Positions 1-10,496 of a stretch of 64,000 nucleotides of DNA are shown piece by piece. Position 1 is the stretch's first letter. The number at the start of each line of letters is the position of its first letter. Location of the stretch: positions 480,001-544,000 of the forward strand of contig OY968764.1 in the NCBI GenBank assembly GCA_963695335.1, written 5' to 3'. This DNA is from an uncultured bacterium (GTDB taxonomy: Bacteria; Babelota; Babeliae; Babelales; Vermiphilaceae). The translations under genes and the position numbers were made by a program. Below the pieces are notes generated by a model. It was not told the origin of the DNA and ran no database searches. It was given only the letters and a program-made list of their open reading frames with translations.

Positions 1-565
1 CAGCACGTTTAATAGAAAGTGCATATGCTTTACCAGCAACAACCTCTTCACTACGGATGGCAGATGTAACTTTTGTACGTTTATTTGTAAGATTTTGAAG
101 TTCAGTTGAAGCTTCTTTGTGTTCTTCTTTTTTATTTTCTTTTGGAGTATTTCTGAACCAACCTTTATCGGTCATTTCATCTATTTTCAGTTGTTGAGTT
201 TTGATTTGATTATCAAGATTTTTTTCTTCTGCGTACAATAATTCAAGTTTTTCACCAGCTGCTTTTACTTGTTCTTTACTGTAACCCCGCAAGTCACCCA
301 TCCACGTTCTTTCATGAAGTGTAGCAAGCACATTTGCAACAGCATCATTTGCTTCTTGACGAGCTATTGCTTTTTCATCAGCAGGGGCGCTTTGAATATC
401 TTTGATAGCATCTTTTAAGGCATCAGTAGCTTGACTGATTTGACGTGCAGAGCTTTGTGTTTTTATTGATGAACGAGCGGTTCTTTTCTGCATTACTTTG
501 GCATCAATTGTGCCAATGATGGTAAAAGTAAGGGCGGTAAGACTGATATGTAGTAATTTTTTCAT
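1..565 (-). CDS. Secreted coiled-coil hypothetical protein, partial (runs off window); paralog of 812..1450
   Basis: Read by hand: ATG at 565 with GGAG RBS; MKKLLHISLTALTFTIIGTIDAKVMQKR resembles MKKMLSTTLVAIAFAMVSTVDAKVMRR of the neighbour. Not in the ORF track because the stop is outside the window. Confidence 0.75.
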   Translation of the reverse strand, partial: MKKLLHISLTALTFTIIGTIDAKVMQKRTARSSIKTQSSARQISQATDALKDAIKDIQSAPADEKAIARQEANDAVANVLATLHERTWMGDLRGYSKEQVKAAGEKLELLYAEEKNLDNQIKTQQLKIDEMTDKGWFRNTPKENKKEEHKEASTELQNLTNKRTKVTSAIRSEEVVAGKAYALSIKRA

Positions 566-811
566 AACAACTCTCCTTTTTTATATTTCTACTATATTTC
601 TATTTTTAGGATAATTAAATTAGTTTCAGATAGTCAATAGATTATAAAAAATTAAATTAAAAAGATGGTTGTGTGATGGATTATGAAGTTTACAAAAAGG
701 ATAACGGACAACATACATATGTACGTTGCCCGTTTTAGTGTCAGTGTTACATTATTCCTTTATAGGTCGTAACATCAATATATTTCGTCTTTGGTGTTAC
801 CGGAGGCGTAT

Positions 812-1450
812 TTACTTTCCCGCTGTACCATAATATTTATTCATAGCAGCTTCTTTAAGGGTGCTTGCTCTTGTTTTAGCGCCTTCCCATACATTACCAG
901 CTGCTTCACCTACTCTTGATGTTTTAATATATTCTTTACCTTGGCCTTTGAGTAAAATATCATCAAGAACAGAAATTGTTGCTGCTGCTAACACAGCAAC
1001 AAAAGTTCCGGTCATAGCATTATAATAATTTATACCAACTTCTTTTTTTACTGTTTCGTTATCAGCTTTGATGTCTTTTAATTCTTGTTCTAATTTAGCA
1101 AGTTTTTCAGATGCATTTTTATGAGCTTGTTTTTCTTCTTCTGTACGGCTATCCCAAATCAAGCCTTTTTTCCCTAAACTAGTTACAAGCGTTCTTTGGT
1201 TAGCAACTTCAAGTTCTTTTGCTTTCTTTTCAGCGATTGCAATACCAGCTTTATCATTTGCAAGCATATCTACTGCTTCACTAACGTTCTTTTGTGTTGG
1301 GTTCATTACCACTTCTTGTGTTGTTTCTCTTACTTCTTGAGCCATTGTTGTAGGTTTTGCTGTACCTGCTCTTCTCATCACCTTCGCGTCAACAGTGCTT
1401 ACCATTGCAAAAGCAATAGCAACGAGGGTTGTGCTTAACATTTTCTTCAT
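812..1450 (-). CDS. Secreted coiled-coil hypothetical protein with a C-terminal hydrophobic segment
   Basis: ORF 812..1474; likely start ATG 1450 after a GGAG RBS; signal peptide ending VDA. Confidence 0.75.
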   Translation of the reverse strand: MKKMLSTTLVAIAFAMVSTVDAKVMRRAGTAKPTTMAQEVRETTQEVVMNPTQKNVSEAVDMLANDKAGIAIAEKKAKELEVANQRTLVTSLGKKGLIWDSRTEEEKQAHKNASEKLAKLEQELKDIKADNETVKKEVGINYYNAMTGTFVAVLAAATISVLDDILLKGQGKEYIKTSRVGEAAGNVWEGAKTRASTLKEAAMNKYYGTAGK

Positions 1451-1643
1451 GAGACACTCCTTATTATTGGACAACTATATATTTATACTCTTTTTTCTTA
1501 AGTTTTGAGCTCTGGGTAGCATGCTCTGTTCCCAGGTACTCATCACTTCTAATTTCAGAGTAAAGAAATGCGATTCTAATTGTCAATAAAATATAAAAGA
1601 TTTTTATAAAAAATATAAGAAATGTCGATGTATACTATATTTT

Positions 1644-1686
1644 GCATCCTTCGATACACCCCTAACGGGGCACTCAGGACGAGCGG
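1644..1686. repeat. REP-like palindromic element (CCTTCGA...CTCAGGACGAGCGG family)
   Basis: GC-rich hairpin in an AT-rich intergenic region; same arms as copies at 51321-51463 and 61685-61810. Confidence 0.75.
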
Positions 1687-1721
1687 TGGGAGGTAAAAAA
1701 GCTTCTTTTTTGAGGGTTAAA

Positions 1722-2393
1722 TTATTTTATGAGCAGCCTCAAAAGATAGTCTTTACAGAGATAAAAAAAGAAGGAAGCGAAGAGAATTCCATCAAATCTG
1801 TCCAAAAAACCCCCATGGCCGGGCAATAAAGTGCCAGAGTCTTTGAGCCGTGCTCGGCGTTTAAGCCATGATTCAAACAGATCGCCTGCAAGGGAAAGCA
1901 GGCAAGTTACGATGGTAAATGGGATAATAAGCCAGCAGGGAGTGTGGTATTCTTGCTCCCAAATGATAAAAATAAAGCCAAGAAGGGCAAAAATAAAGCC
2001 CCCTGAAACACCTTCCCATGTTTTGTTGGGGCTAATAGACTTGCAAATGGGGTGTCTGCCGATAAGATTACCGGTGAGATAGCTGCCGGTATCAAAACTG
2101 AAGACAATAACAAAAAGGATTACTAATAAATTATGGTATATGGGGCTGTGGTTTAAAACTATGAGTAGCGCAAACGGTAATATAAGATAAGGAGGCAGTA
2201 ATAGCCAAAACAAAGGTGTATTGACGGGGAAAAAGCGTGTCCATTCGTAGATGATAATAAGAAATAGTATAACAATTAAGATAAGCGAGAAAAATATTGG
2301 GGGTAAATAAAAATAGACTGCCCAGAATCCAAGTCCTAGAACAACCCCTGTGAGTAATCTTACAAAAAAATTATTCGAAAGCGTTAAATGCAT
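1722..2393 (-). CDS. cdsA: Phosphatidate cytidylyltransferase
   Basis: SPNKTWEG and SWLKRRARLKDSGTLLPGHGGFLDRFD motifs; multi-pass membrane protein. Confidence 0.95.
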   Translation of the reverse strand: MHLTLSNNFFVRLLTGVVLGLGFWAVYFYLPPIFFSLILIVILFLIIIYEWTRFFPVNTPLFWLLLPPYLILPFALLIVLNHSPIYHNLLVILFVIVFSFDTGSYLTGNLIGRHPICKSISPNKTWEGVSGGFIFALLGFIFIIWEQEYHTPCWLIIPFTIVTCLLSLAGDLFESWLKRRARLKDSGTLLPGHGGFLDRFDGILFASFFFYLCKDYLLRLLIK

Positions 2394-2733
2394 TTTCTAT
2401 ATACTGTAAATTGATTGAACTGTTATTATCTTCTACCAGTGCCACATCAAAGCGGCATATAATTTCTTCTTCATTATGCTGTGCCAAAAAATGTTTCGCA
2501 ATAGATACTATTTTTTTCTGTTTTGATGGGCTGATTAATTCAGCTGGATCAACAAGTGGATTATGACGCCACTTAACTTCCACAAATGCAACGGTATCTT
2601 TTTTTTGTGCTATGATATCCACTTCACCAAAACGTTTGCGATAATTTTGCGTGATTATGGTATATCCATGTTTTTGCAGATATTGTGCTACGAGTAACTC
2701 GCCTTCTTTGCCTTTTTCTATTTTGTAATTCAT
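2371..2733 (-). CDS. yraN: YraN family (UPF0102) nuclease-like protein
   Basis: GKEGE...YL...GY...NYR...GEVDII...FVEVK...RFDV pattern. Confidence 0.9.
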   Translation of the reverse strand: MNYKIEKGKEGELLVAQYLQKHGYTIITQNYRKRFGEVDIIAQKKDTVAFVEVKWRHNPLVDPAELISPSKQKKIVSIAKHFLAQHNEEEIICRFDVALVEDNNSSINLQYIENAFNAFE

Positions 2734-2739
2734 TATTCA

Positions 2740-2804
2740 GCGCTCATCCTGAGCTTGTCGAAGGATTAAAGCGCTTAATTCTTCAACAAGTTCAGAATGA
2801 GCGC
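2740..2804. repeat. REP-like inverted repeat pair
   Basis: GCGCTCATCCTGAGCTTGTCGAAGGA paired with TTCTTCAACAAGTTCAGAATGAGCGC. Confidence 0.8.
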
Positions 2805-2840
2805 AAGAAATATATCAGACAAGCTTGATAATATGTTTAT

Positions 2841-3719
2841 TTAAAATCTGTTCGCCATATGTTTTGTTTTACTATTTTGTGCAAGTTGAGTGCGCGGAGC
2901 CTGCAACGCTAACACTTTTTCTTTTTGTTCCACGAGATTTGTTTCCATAGCAATAATGGTTGGTTCAAGCGTGGCAAGTTTAGGCAACCAGTATAAACGT
3001 ATTTTTGCAAGACGTTTTTCTGCAGCGGTAAATTTGTTACGCGTTATATAAAAGTTACAAATATTACATTCACTTGCAGCAAGATGTTCGTAGCATTTGG
3101 TTTGTATGTGAGCAACTTCATCTCTATATTGTTTAAAGTGATCTTGTTTTAAGAAAACTTCAGTAAGTCCCAACGTTTCTTCTGTTTTTGTTTGATCGCG
3201 ATCGATTGGAAGTATGCATGCAAATGAACTGAGAGTGGAACGGTAGAGTGCATATTCTTGTTTTGCGCTACCAGGGTACAGTGAACAATATTGTGTGTAC
3301 ACGAGTGATGCTTTGTTTTGCTGACCATCTCCGTATAAAACATCAGCAAGTTCTAGAAGGTGCTCAGAGAGTAGTGTAATATCAGTGCATGTTTTGAGCA
3401 GTTGCTCAAGATATTTTATGGTAACTTGTGTGTTTCCTTTTTCTTTTTGTTCATTTTTTGCTTGAACAAGTTCTTCATATTCAAAATCTATGTATGTGCG
3501 GTTGCGTTTTTTCACGCCCTTGGGCGTGTCCTCCGAAGCCTTGGCGAAGGAGGATTGAGTGGAAGCTGATTTTTTTTTAATTGGTTTTTTTAAAGATGGT
3601 TCTTGACCAATTTTTACATCAAATTGCTGTTTATGCATTGAAGAAGCACCATTGATGATGGCGGAGTTAATAAGAACGGAAAGTGCTGATAGAATAATAT
3701 ACTTTCTTGTTTTTATCAT
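2841..3719 (-). CDS. bamD: Outer membrane protein assembly factor BamD-like TPR protein
   Basis: YPGS..QEYALY, DRDQTKT and HLAASE..I..FY TPR pattern typical of BamD. Confidence 0.8.
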   Translation of the reverse strand: MIKTRKYIILSALSVLINSAIINGASSMHKQQFDVKIGQEPSLKKPIKKKSASTQSSFAKASEDTPKGVKKRNRTYIDFEYEELVQAKNEQKEKGNTQVTIKYLEQLLKTCTDITLLSEHLLELADVLYGDGQQNKASLVYTQYCSLYPGSAKQEYALYRSTLSSFACILPIDRDQTKTEETLGLTEVFLKQDHFKQYRDEVAHIQTKCYEHLAASECNICNFYITRNKFTAAEKRLAKIRLYWLPKLATLEPTIIAMETNLVEQKEKVLALQAPRTQLAQNSKTKHMANRF

Positions 3720-3804
3720 GGGATTATGCCTATCATAAAATGATATTTTTGATACACGGTATTATTAAGAACTTATCTAAAACTTAAGAATTTGATTATT
3801 TTAT

Positions 3805-3958
3805 CCGTTCGCACTGAGCTTGTCGAAGTGAGCGAACATAATAGAATTTATGAATTCTTACAAATAATGTTCGTATGTTTCGAGCCGTCCTTCGCCGAGG
3901 CTTCGGAGGCCAGGCGGGCGTTTACTCCTGAGCTTGCCGAAGGGTCAACACGAACGGG
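3805..3958. repeat. Composite, nested REP-like palindromic elements
   Basis: CCGTTCGCACTGAGCTTGTCGAAGTGAGCGAAC is identical to 7101-7133; the second arm has a CCTTCGCCGAGGCTTCGGAGG unit and a CCTGAGCTTGCCGAAGG unit inserted. Confidence 0.8.
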
Positions 3959-4056
3959 AAGATATAATAAATTGTAAAAAGTTGATTGAAATTTTCAGAT
4001 AAACTCTAAATATGAGTATACTGGTATCATCACAAAAGAAAAGAAAGATACAAATC

Positions 4057-5766
4057 ATGAAAAAAAATAGCGGCGAATTATTAGTTCAATTAGGTGTGAT
4101 CAACGCACAACAGTTAGCCGAATGTCAGCAAGAAGCTGAAAAAACAGGAGCAACAGTTGAAGCGTGCGTTATTGAAAAAAAATATGCAACCGCTGAAAGT
4201 TTAGCGCAAGCGTATGCAAAGTATTCTTCTTTACAATATATAGATACTGTTACAGAAAAAATGGCAGATCTTGATCTTTTAGCAAAAGTTCCGCTTAAAT
4301 TTTTACGCGATAATGAAATTATGCCCATCATGATGGATGGGAAAATGTATATTTTGACAGCTAACCCTTTTAACTTTCAGCCGCTTGATGAATTGAATAT
4401 GCTGCTTGGTGGTAATGTGCAGTATGCCGTTGCACCATTAGCAGTGATCACCAACAGCATTAATCGTTATTATCCTCTTGAGGGCACCGAACGGATGATG
4501 AAGGAGCTTGAAGAGGAAGAAGAAGCTCCAAAAGAAGTTGCGTTTGAAGAGATAGAAGAAAAAGATATTCTTGGCATGGCAACAGAAGCGCCAATTATTA
4601 AGTTGGTGAATAATATTTTTTTTCAGGCAGTTAAACGTAACGCTTCTGATATTCATATTGAGCCGTTCGAAAAAGAGATTCGTGTACGTTACCGTATTGA
4701 TGGCGTGATGTACACGGTGATGAATCCTCCCAAGCGTATTCAGGGAGCGCTGAGTTCTCGTATAAAAATTATGGCGCATCTTGATATTGCAGAAAAACGT
4801 ATTCCGCAAGATGGTAGAATTGCGATTAAAGTTGCGGATAAAGCATATGACATTCGTGTTTCTGTCTTACCAGTGGCATTTGGTGAACGCATTGTGATGC
4901 GTTTATTAGATAAATCACGGACATTTACAGGGTTGCAAGAAATTGGATTTAGTGAACGAGATTTAAAAGTTATTGAAGCAAATATTAGTCGGCCCAACGG
5001 AATTATTTATATTACGGGTCCAACAGGTTCTGGTAAAACAAGTACGTTGTATTCCATTTTAACAAAATTGAATAGACCAGAAGTTAATATTGTGACGGTA
5101 GAAGATCCTATTGAATATCAAATGGCAGGAATTGGACAAGTTGGTGTGCGGGAAAAAGTTGGGCTTACCTTTGCAGCAGCATTACGATCAATTTTGCGTC
5201 AAGACCCTGACATTATCATGATTGGTGAAACGCGTGACCAAGAGACAGCGCAAATTGCAGTACAAGCAGCGCTTACTGGTCACTTGGTATTGAGTACGCT
5301 GCATACCAATAGCGCACCAGCATCTATTACGCGATTAATTGATATGGGCATTGAACCATTTTTAATTTCGTCATCTGTGGTGATGGTTGTTGCGCAGCGT
5401 TTGGTTCGTAAACTGTGTCCAAAATGTAAAAAGGCATATCATCCAAATGTAGAATTACTTGAAAAAATTGGTTTGTCTGCCAAAGAAGCAAAAGAGATTA
5501 AATTTTATGAACCGGTTGGTTGTGATGAATGTAATCAAACAGGGTTCCGTGGACGAATTGCTGTGTTTGAAATTATGGAAATGACGCAAGCAATTGCAAA
5601 ACTGACTATGGATCGTGCTGAAACTGGATTGATTAGAGAGCAAGCACTTAAAGATGGAATGATACCGTTGATCAAAGATGGCTTGCGTAGAATTAAAGAT
5701 GGTCTTACAACAATTGAAGAAGTTCTTGCAGTTGCAACTGCGGAACAAGAAGCGATAGACGCATAA
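4057..5766 (+). CDS. gspE: Type II secretion / type IV pilus assembly ATPase (GspE/PulE/PilB family)
   Basis: ASDIHIEP, GPTGSGKT Walker A, VEDPIEY, LRQDPD, GHLVLSTLHTN and tetra-Cys motif; ORF open from 4012. Confidence 0.92.
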   Translation: MKKNSGELLVQLGVINAQQLAECQQEAEKTGATVEACVIEKKYATAESLAQAYAKYSSLQYIDTVTEKMADLDLLAKVPLKFLRDNEIMPIMMDGKMYILTANPFNFQPLDELNMLLGGNVQYAVAPLAVITNSINRYYPLEGTERMMKELEEEEEAPKEVAFEEIEEKDILGMATEAPIIKLVNNIFFQAVKRNASDIHIEPFEKEIRVRYRIDGVMYTVMNPPKRIQGALSSRIKIMAHLDIAEKRIPQDGRIAIKVADKAYDIRVSVLPVAFGERIVMRLLDKSRTFTGLQEIGFSERDLKVIEANISRPNGIIYITGPTGSGKTSTLYSILTKLNRPEVNIVTVEDPIEYQMAGIGQVGVREKVGLTFAAALRSILRQDPDIIMIGETRDQETAQIAVQAALTGHLVLSTLHTNSAPASITRLIDMGIEPFLISSSVVMVVAQRLVRKLCPKCKKAYHPNVELLEKIGLSAKEAKEIKFYEPVGCDECNQTGFRGRIAVFEIMEMTQAIAKLTMDRAETGLIREQALKDGMIPLIKDGLRRIKDGLTTIEEVLAVATAEQEAIDA

Positions 5767-5793
5767 TGTTTTTTCGAGTAAAGGAATAATATA

Positions 5794-6243
5794 GTGGAAC
5801 ATACATATCTTGTTTGGGCATTGAGTTTTAGTTTGTTTTGTAATTCTTCAGAGCATCCTGCGAATAAACCACATACATCGCTGATGGAAGAATATCATAA
5901 TTCTTTTAAGCCACAGTTAGAAATTGAAAATAAAAAACATGAAGAGCGTAAATTTGGTAGAGGTTCTTCTGGGCCTGGTGAAGGTGAAATGGATTTAGAC
6001 ATGGATTTGGATTTACGACTTAAGATGAATACATATGAACGTGAAGCTCGATTGGCAAAATATAAGAAAGATGCAATTGCATCACTGGAGCAAGATAGAG
6101 ATAAATTGATAAAAAGTTTAGATGCAGAGCAGCGCCAACAGTTGCAGGACATAGAAGTAAAAACTAAAAAAATACAACACGTATGTAAGCAAGAAGAAAA
6201 AAATATACGATATCTAGTTATGCAACAGCGATCCAAGTTATAG
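5794..6243 (+). CDS. Hypothetical secreted protein
   Basis: Co-oriented ORF with a signal-peptide-like N-terminus and charged helical body. Confidence 0.6.
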   Translation: MEHTYLVWALSFSLFCNSSEHPANKPHTSLMEEYHNSFKPQLEIENKKHEERKFGRGSSGPGEGEMDLDMDLDLRLKMNTYEREARLAKYKKDAIASLEQDRDKLIKSLDAEQRQQLQDIEVKTKKIQHVCKQEEKNIRYLVMQQRSKL

Positions 6244-6252
6244 TAGGACATT

Positions 6253-6528
6253 ATGAATTATACATTAGTATTTGTGTGCACAGCTTTCTTTTCATATGCA
6301 ACTTCATCTGCAATGGATGCTAGTAAAGTAGTTGAAAATAATATTAAATACTTGAGAACTTTAAGAATTAAAACAGTGAATTCAATGCAAAAAATGACTG
6401 TAAAGAATATAAGCAATCAAGAATTTGTGGAAAAGATAGATTTTAAGATGCGATTGTTGGATGATATTGATCGAGACATTAAGCAGGCGGAAGAAAAGTT
6501 GAAAGAGCAAAGCAAATCTAAATTATAA
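6253..6528 (+). CDS. Small hypothetical secreted protein
   Basis: AGGA RBS; signal peptide ending SSA followed by Met. Confidence 0.6.
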   Translation: MNYTLVFVCTAFFSYATSSAMDASKVVENNIKYLRTLRIKTVNSMQKMTVKNISNQEFVEKIDFKMRLLDDIDRDIKQAEEKLKEQSKSKL

Positions 6529-7032
6529 ATGAAATATACTAAATCTGGTTTTACACTTATTGAAGCAATGGTAGTTCTCGCATTGTTTGCAGTTGTTGTA
6601 ATGCTTGGCATGTGGCAACTTTCATTTTTAGATAATACCATTGTTCATGCGCAAGTTGATAAACTTGCAACGGCGTGTTCGTATCTGCGGCAAAAAGCAA
6701 TTGCGAGTAACAGTGATCAGATTTTAGTGTGTGATGTAGAAAAAAATGAATATCGCGGTGATAATGTTAATGAAACGTTATCATCGCGTGTTTGTTTTGG
6801 TTTTTTGCCGAACGTTTTGGGTTCACCCGGTTCACCATCACGAGTGATTACTAAAGCAGTTACATTTCCTAATTCATCAATTAATTTTTACCCAACTGGG
6901 ACTCTTTCTTCTGGCACGGTATATCTTACTGATAAGAATAAAAAAAATATGTATGCCTTGAGTAATGCGGTGTCGCAGGTTTCTTATTTACGCCTTTACC
7001 GATATGATGGTAAGTGGAAGCTTTTAGATTGA
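6529..7032 (+). CDS. Prepilin-type N-terminal cleavage/methylation protein (minor pseudopilin, GspH/FimT-like)
   Basis: KSG/FTLIE motif followed by a hydrophobic helix; FYPTG near the C-terminus. Confidence 0.85.
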   Translation: MKYTKSGFTLIEAMVVLALFAVVVMLGMWQLSFLDNTIVHAQVDKLATACSYLRQKAIASNSDQILVCDVEKNEYRGDNVNETLSSRVCFGFLPNVLGSPGSPSRVITKAVTFPNSSINFYPTGTLSSGTVYLTDKNKKNMYALSNAVSQVSYLRLYRYDGKWKLLD

Positions 7033-7042
7033 TATTTTTTGA

Positions 7043-7133
7043 CGTTCGTATGGTTCGACAGGCTCACCACGAACGGATTAAGAAATTTATTATTATTCTC
7101 CCGTTCGCACTGAGCTTGTCGAAGTGAGCGAAC
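7043..7133. repeat. REP-like inverted repeat pair
   Basis: CGTTCGTATGGTTCGACAGGCTCACCACGAACGG and CCGTTCGCACTGAGCTTGTCGAAGTGAGCGAAC. Confidence 0.85.
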
Positions 7134-7148
7134 ATAACGTAATTCAGA

Positions 7149-9860
7149 ATGTTCAAAAAAATATTTTTTGCGTTGGTGCTTGGTTTTATAGGCACCATTT
7201 TTTTTGCACAATATGATGCATGGACTCATAAAAAAATTGAGCAACTGTTTTGCAACATTGCTCAAAAATATCTTGGGGGCAATTTTGCATGCTCGGTGCA
7301 GTCGGTGAATTTTTTTTCACCATCATTGGTGTTGCATGACCTTGATATGCAATCAGTGGATCCTGATGCATGGTCATGGAAGTGTAAAAAATGTGAAGTG
7401 CACTGTTCTTGGATACAACTTTTATTAAAAGGTGTTATGGAGCAGCATGTGGTGATAGATGGTTTTGAATGCAGCTCACGTGTTGAAAATGGACACCTTG
7501 CTGTTGAACCACATATTATGGCAATGACGCAAAAATCATTTTTACCATTTGCGGTTGAACTTAAATCGATGGTGTTTAAAAATGCTCATTTTGATGCACA
7601 TGATCCATTGTATAACATTGATATTGCACTCTCTTTTAATAGCTCATCTTTGCGGTTGGGTAATCAGATCAAAACGACTTTATTTATTGGTGATGGTTAT
7701 GTGGCATATGAGAAAAAGAAGTATATACAAAACATAGCCACAGATTTTTTTGTGTTAACAGAGTTTAATGATGAACGTGGTATGTACGATATTGGTGCAC
7801 AAGTTGCAGGAACATGTGCATTATCACATATGTCCGATCAAGGTGGGTGCTACATTACAGGCAGCTGGAAGGGTGATCGTGGAAGATTTTCAATACGCAA
7901 CGCATATAATTCTTTGGTGATCGACCCTGTTATTATTACTGAAAAAGAGATACGAATTAATGCACGTTTGCCTTTGTCATATGTGGCACAATGTGTTGCA
8001 GATTCTGTTGAAAAGTATCCGGTTGAAGGTACTTTACATTGCTGTGTAAAAATGAGCAAAGACGCAGAGCAAACAGTTGATGGGCAGTTGGTTGTGGAAG
8101 ATGTTACTCTGAATGACCAATATCTATGCGATACAGGAAAAGTTGTGTTTGCACGATGCAGTGACAGTTGGAAAATGCGTCTTGATATAAGCCGTTATAA
8201 TCAAGAATGTAAAGGCACGGGTGTTTGGAATCAAGCAACGCGTAAAGGTGAGTTACATGTTAAAAATAGTACTGATCTTTCATCAAAAAAATTCCCGTAT
8301 TGGCGTGTTAAACCTCACAGTTTTAGTACTCATGTTGCCGTTGAAAATGATATAGTCACTGGTTTTTGCGACGCTTGTGCGTCGCATATATTGAATAATG
8401 TAGTGCATACAAGTAGCAGTTCTTTTTCGTATACACAAGGATTATTAAATATACAAGGTTATATTAACGATAATCGGTTTTCTGTTGCAATGTCATTACA
8501 ACCACACTTTGCATTACATCATTGCATGTATAAAGATAAAGATCATAAACCGTTAATTATGTTGCAAGAAGATCAAAGTAAAAAGCAGCTCATTGGGTCA
8601 ATTGCATTTCCATTTGTTCGCTCACTGATTAATAGTACAATGCAGTATGATGTGCAAGGTGAGGGTGCATTGGATGTTGTTGCTACAGTCTCACCAACAG
8701 AAATTGTTGCAGATATTGCACTCAATGAAGCAACAATTAGATTGCCGCAAACATATAATTTTATAGATGGCTTTAAAAGCCACTTTGTTTATAACATTGC
8801 TCATAAATCAGCACTGTTTGAAAATGTTGATCTTTCACTGTATACAGGACATATCAATTGTTTGCGTGCACATTTTGATTTTGATATTCAAGGTAAGCTT
8901 ATTTTTGCGCATGCACCATGCATTTTTAATGAATGCTTACTCAATATTAATAAAGATCTTTTTGCGACTGTTTCAGGTACTATTTTATTTTCAAAATCTA
9001 TGCAATCAGATGCCCGTATCGACGGACACATTTTGATTGATAAAAGTCAGTTAAAAGAGAATCTTTTTTCTGGAATCATTCAAAAACAATTACTATCATA
9101 TACCCATTCAGCTTTTACGGTGCCAGATATGCCACTTGATTATGATGTACGCATTGAAACAAAATCACCTATTGTTGTGGATACCGGATTTTTACAAACT
9201 CATGCGCATGTGAATATGCGAGTATATAAAGATACGAATGAGCCATTCATGTCGGGTGCTGTTACATTGCATGGCGGAACACTTAATTTTCCCTATAAAC
9301 CGTTGTATATATCGCGAGGTATTATTACGTTTTATCCTGATCAACTGTTTGATCCTGCTATTGAACTTTTTGCTCGTAATAAGATAAAAAAATATGATGT
9401 GTCACTGCAAGTTGACGGTTCTTTGCTGAATCATCACATTGCACTTGACGCAACGCCTGTGTTGTCTGAAGAACAAATTGTGGGTCTTTTGCTTGTTGGT
9501 GCAGAAGAGCATTCTCTGAACAGTATGATGCCGGCACTTATTGTACAGAATCTAAAGAATCTCATTTTTAGTAATAATCAGCTATCTTTTTTTGATAAGT
9601 ATTTTAAGCCGCTCTTAGGATCGTTTAATATTAATTTGGTACCAAGTTTTACCGATCAAACGGGTAGAGGTGGATTACGCGGAGCGTTGGAAATCACTTT
9701 GGATGATCGGTGGCGTGCAGTGATTCAGAAAAACTTTAGTTTAACGGAAGATACAAAGTTTGAACTTGAATTTCTGTTGTCTGATGATATAACATTGCGT
9801 GCAATTCGCGATGAACGGCGTGACTTGGGTGGTGAAGTTGAAATGCGATGGAAGTTTTAA
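7149..9860 (+). CDS. TamB-like translocation/assembly module protein
   Basis: N-terminal membrane anchor, beta-rich body, C-terminal F...FDP.I...P.LSEEQI..LL..G and terminal RWKF strand. Confidence 0.75.
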   Translation: MFKKIFFALVLGFIGTIFFAQYDAWTHKKIEQLFCNIAQKYLGGNFACSVQSVNFFSPSLVLHDLDMQSVDPDAWSWKCKKCEVHCSWIQLLLKGVMEQHVVIDGFECSSRVENGHLAVEPHIMAMTQKSFLPFAVELKSMVFKNAHFDAHDPLYNIDIALSFNSSSLRLGNQIKTTLFIGDGYVAYEKKKYIQNIATDFFVLTEFNDERGMYDIGAQVAGTCALSHMSDQGGCYITGSWKGDRGRFSIRNAYNSLVIDPVIITEKEIRINARLPLSYVAQCVADSVEKYPVEGTLHCCVKMSKDAEQTVDGQLVVEDVTLNDQYLCDTGKVVFARCSDSWKMRLDISRYNQECKGTGVWNQATRKGELHVKNSTDLSSKKFPYWRVKPHSFSTHVAVENDIVTGFCDACASHILNNVVHTSSSSFSYTQGLLNIQGYINDNRFSVAMSLQPHFALHHCMYKDKDHKPLIMLQEDQSKKQLIGSIAFPFVRSLINSTMQYDVQGEGALDVVATVSPTEIVADIALNEATIRLPQTYNFIDGFKSHFVYNIAHKSALFENVDLSLYTGHINCLRAHFDFDIQGKLIFAHAPCIFNECLLNINKDLFATVSGTILFSKSMQSDARIDGHILIDKSQLKENLFSGIIQKQLLSYTHSAFTVPDMPLDYDVRIETKSPIVVDTGFLQTHAHVNMRVYKDTNEPFMSGAVTLHGGTLNFPYKPLYISRGIITFYPDQLFDPAIELFARNKIKKYDVSLQVDGSLLNHHIALDATPVLSEEQIVGLLLVGAEEHSLNSMMPALIVQNLKNLIFSNNQLSFFDKYFKPLLGSFNINLVPSFTDQTGRGGLRGALEITLDDRWRAVIQKNFSLTEDTKFELEFLLSDDITLRAIRDERRDLGGEVEMRWKF

Positions 9861-9876
9861 AAAAAAGGAGCAGTGT

Positions 9877-10479
9877 ATGAAATTTCTAACGTTATGTATT
9901 GTTGGAATGTTGTGTGTGCCGCTATTGGTACTTGCGGATAATCCATCACATACAGAATTCATTGAAAATATAAAAAAAGAGCATGGCATTGTTTTTGATA
10001 TCTTATTTTTACAAGCGCGAGAAACATTAAAAGCAAAAGAAGATATTGTAATGTGGCTGTATCATAAAAATAAAGCAGAGTTTAAAACTATTCAAAATCT
10101 TATGACAGACTTAAAAGTTGAAGTTGGTTTTAATCATAATGATGAGCATATAATTAAAAAAGAGCTAGAAGATAGCTTAAAAGAAAAAATACAGGATGAA
10201 GCTCAAAAAGTTTTGGACATGGATGGCGTAACTGCAGAAAATATGAAGGATTTTTTTCATATTTCGCGCATGATATGTGGAGTGACATTAGAATCAGATG
10301 ATGCGTGCTGCAGGATGACACGAGCTTTACAAAAAGAATATCGTCTTGCTATTAAAGAGTTAAAAGCTATCGATAAAGCGGCAGAAAAAATTAAAAACAT
10401 AGATAAAAAAAGAACTAAACAGGCATTATTACATAAGTTGCGTGAGCAGATTATACTTGGAACTTCTCCTCGTAAGTAG
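9877..10479 (+). CDS. Hypothetical secreted protein
   Basis: AAGGAG RBS before ATG 9877; signal peptide ending VLA. Confidence 0.7.
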   Translation: MKFLTLCIVGMLCVPLLVLADNPSHTEFIENIKKEHGIVFDILFLQARETLKAKEDIVMWLYHKNKAEFKTIQNLMTDLKVEVGFNHNDEHIIKKELEDSLKEKIQDEAQKVLDMDGVTAENMKDFFHISRMICGVTLESDDACCRMTRALQKEYRLAIKELKAIDKAAEKIKNIDKKRTKQALLHKLREQIILGTSPRK

Positions 10480-10496
10480 TAAAAAAGAAAAAGGGG

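Noticed and set aside
3792..3977. 61-aa ORF upstream of gspE
   Set aside because: It is the translation of nested palindromic repeats (VRTELVEV, SFAEASEAR, PELAEG).
6996..7265. 89-aa minus-strand ORF sharing PFVVSLSNH with MutL
   Set aside because: The shared peptide comes from the repeat; the ORF is antisense to two real genes.
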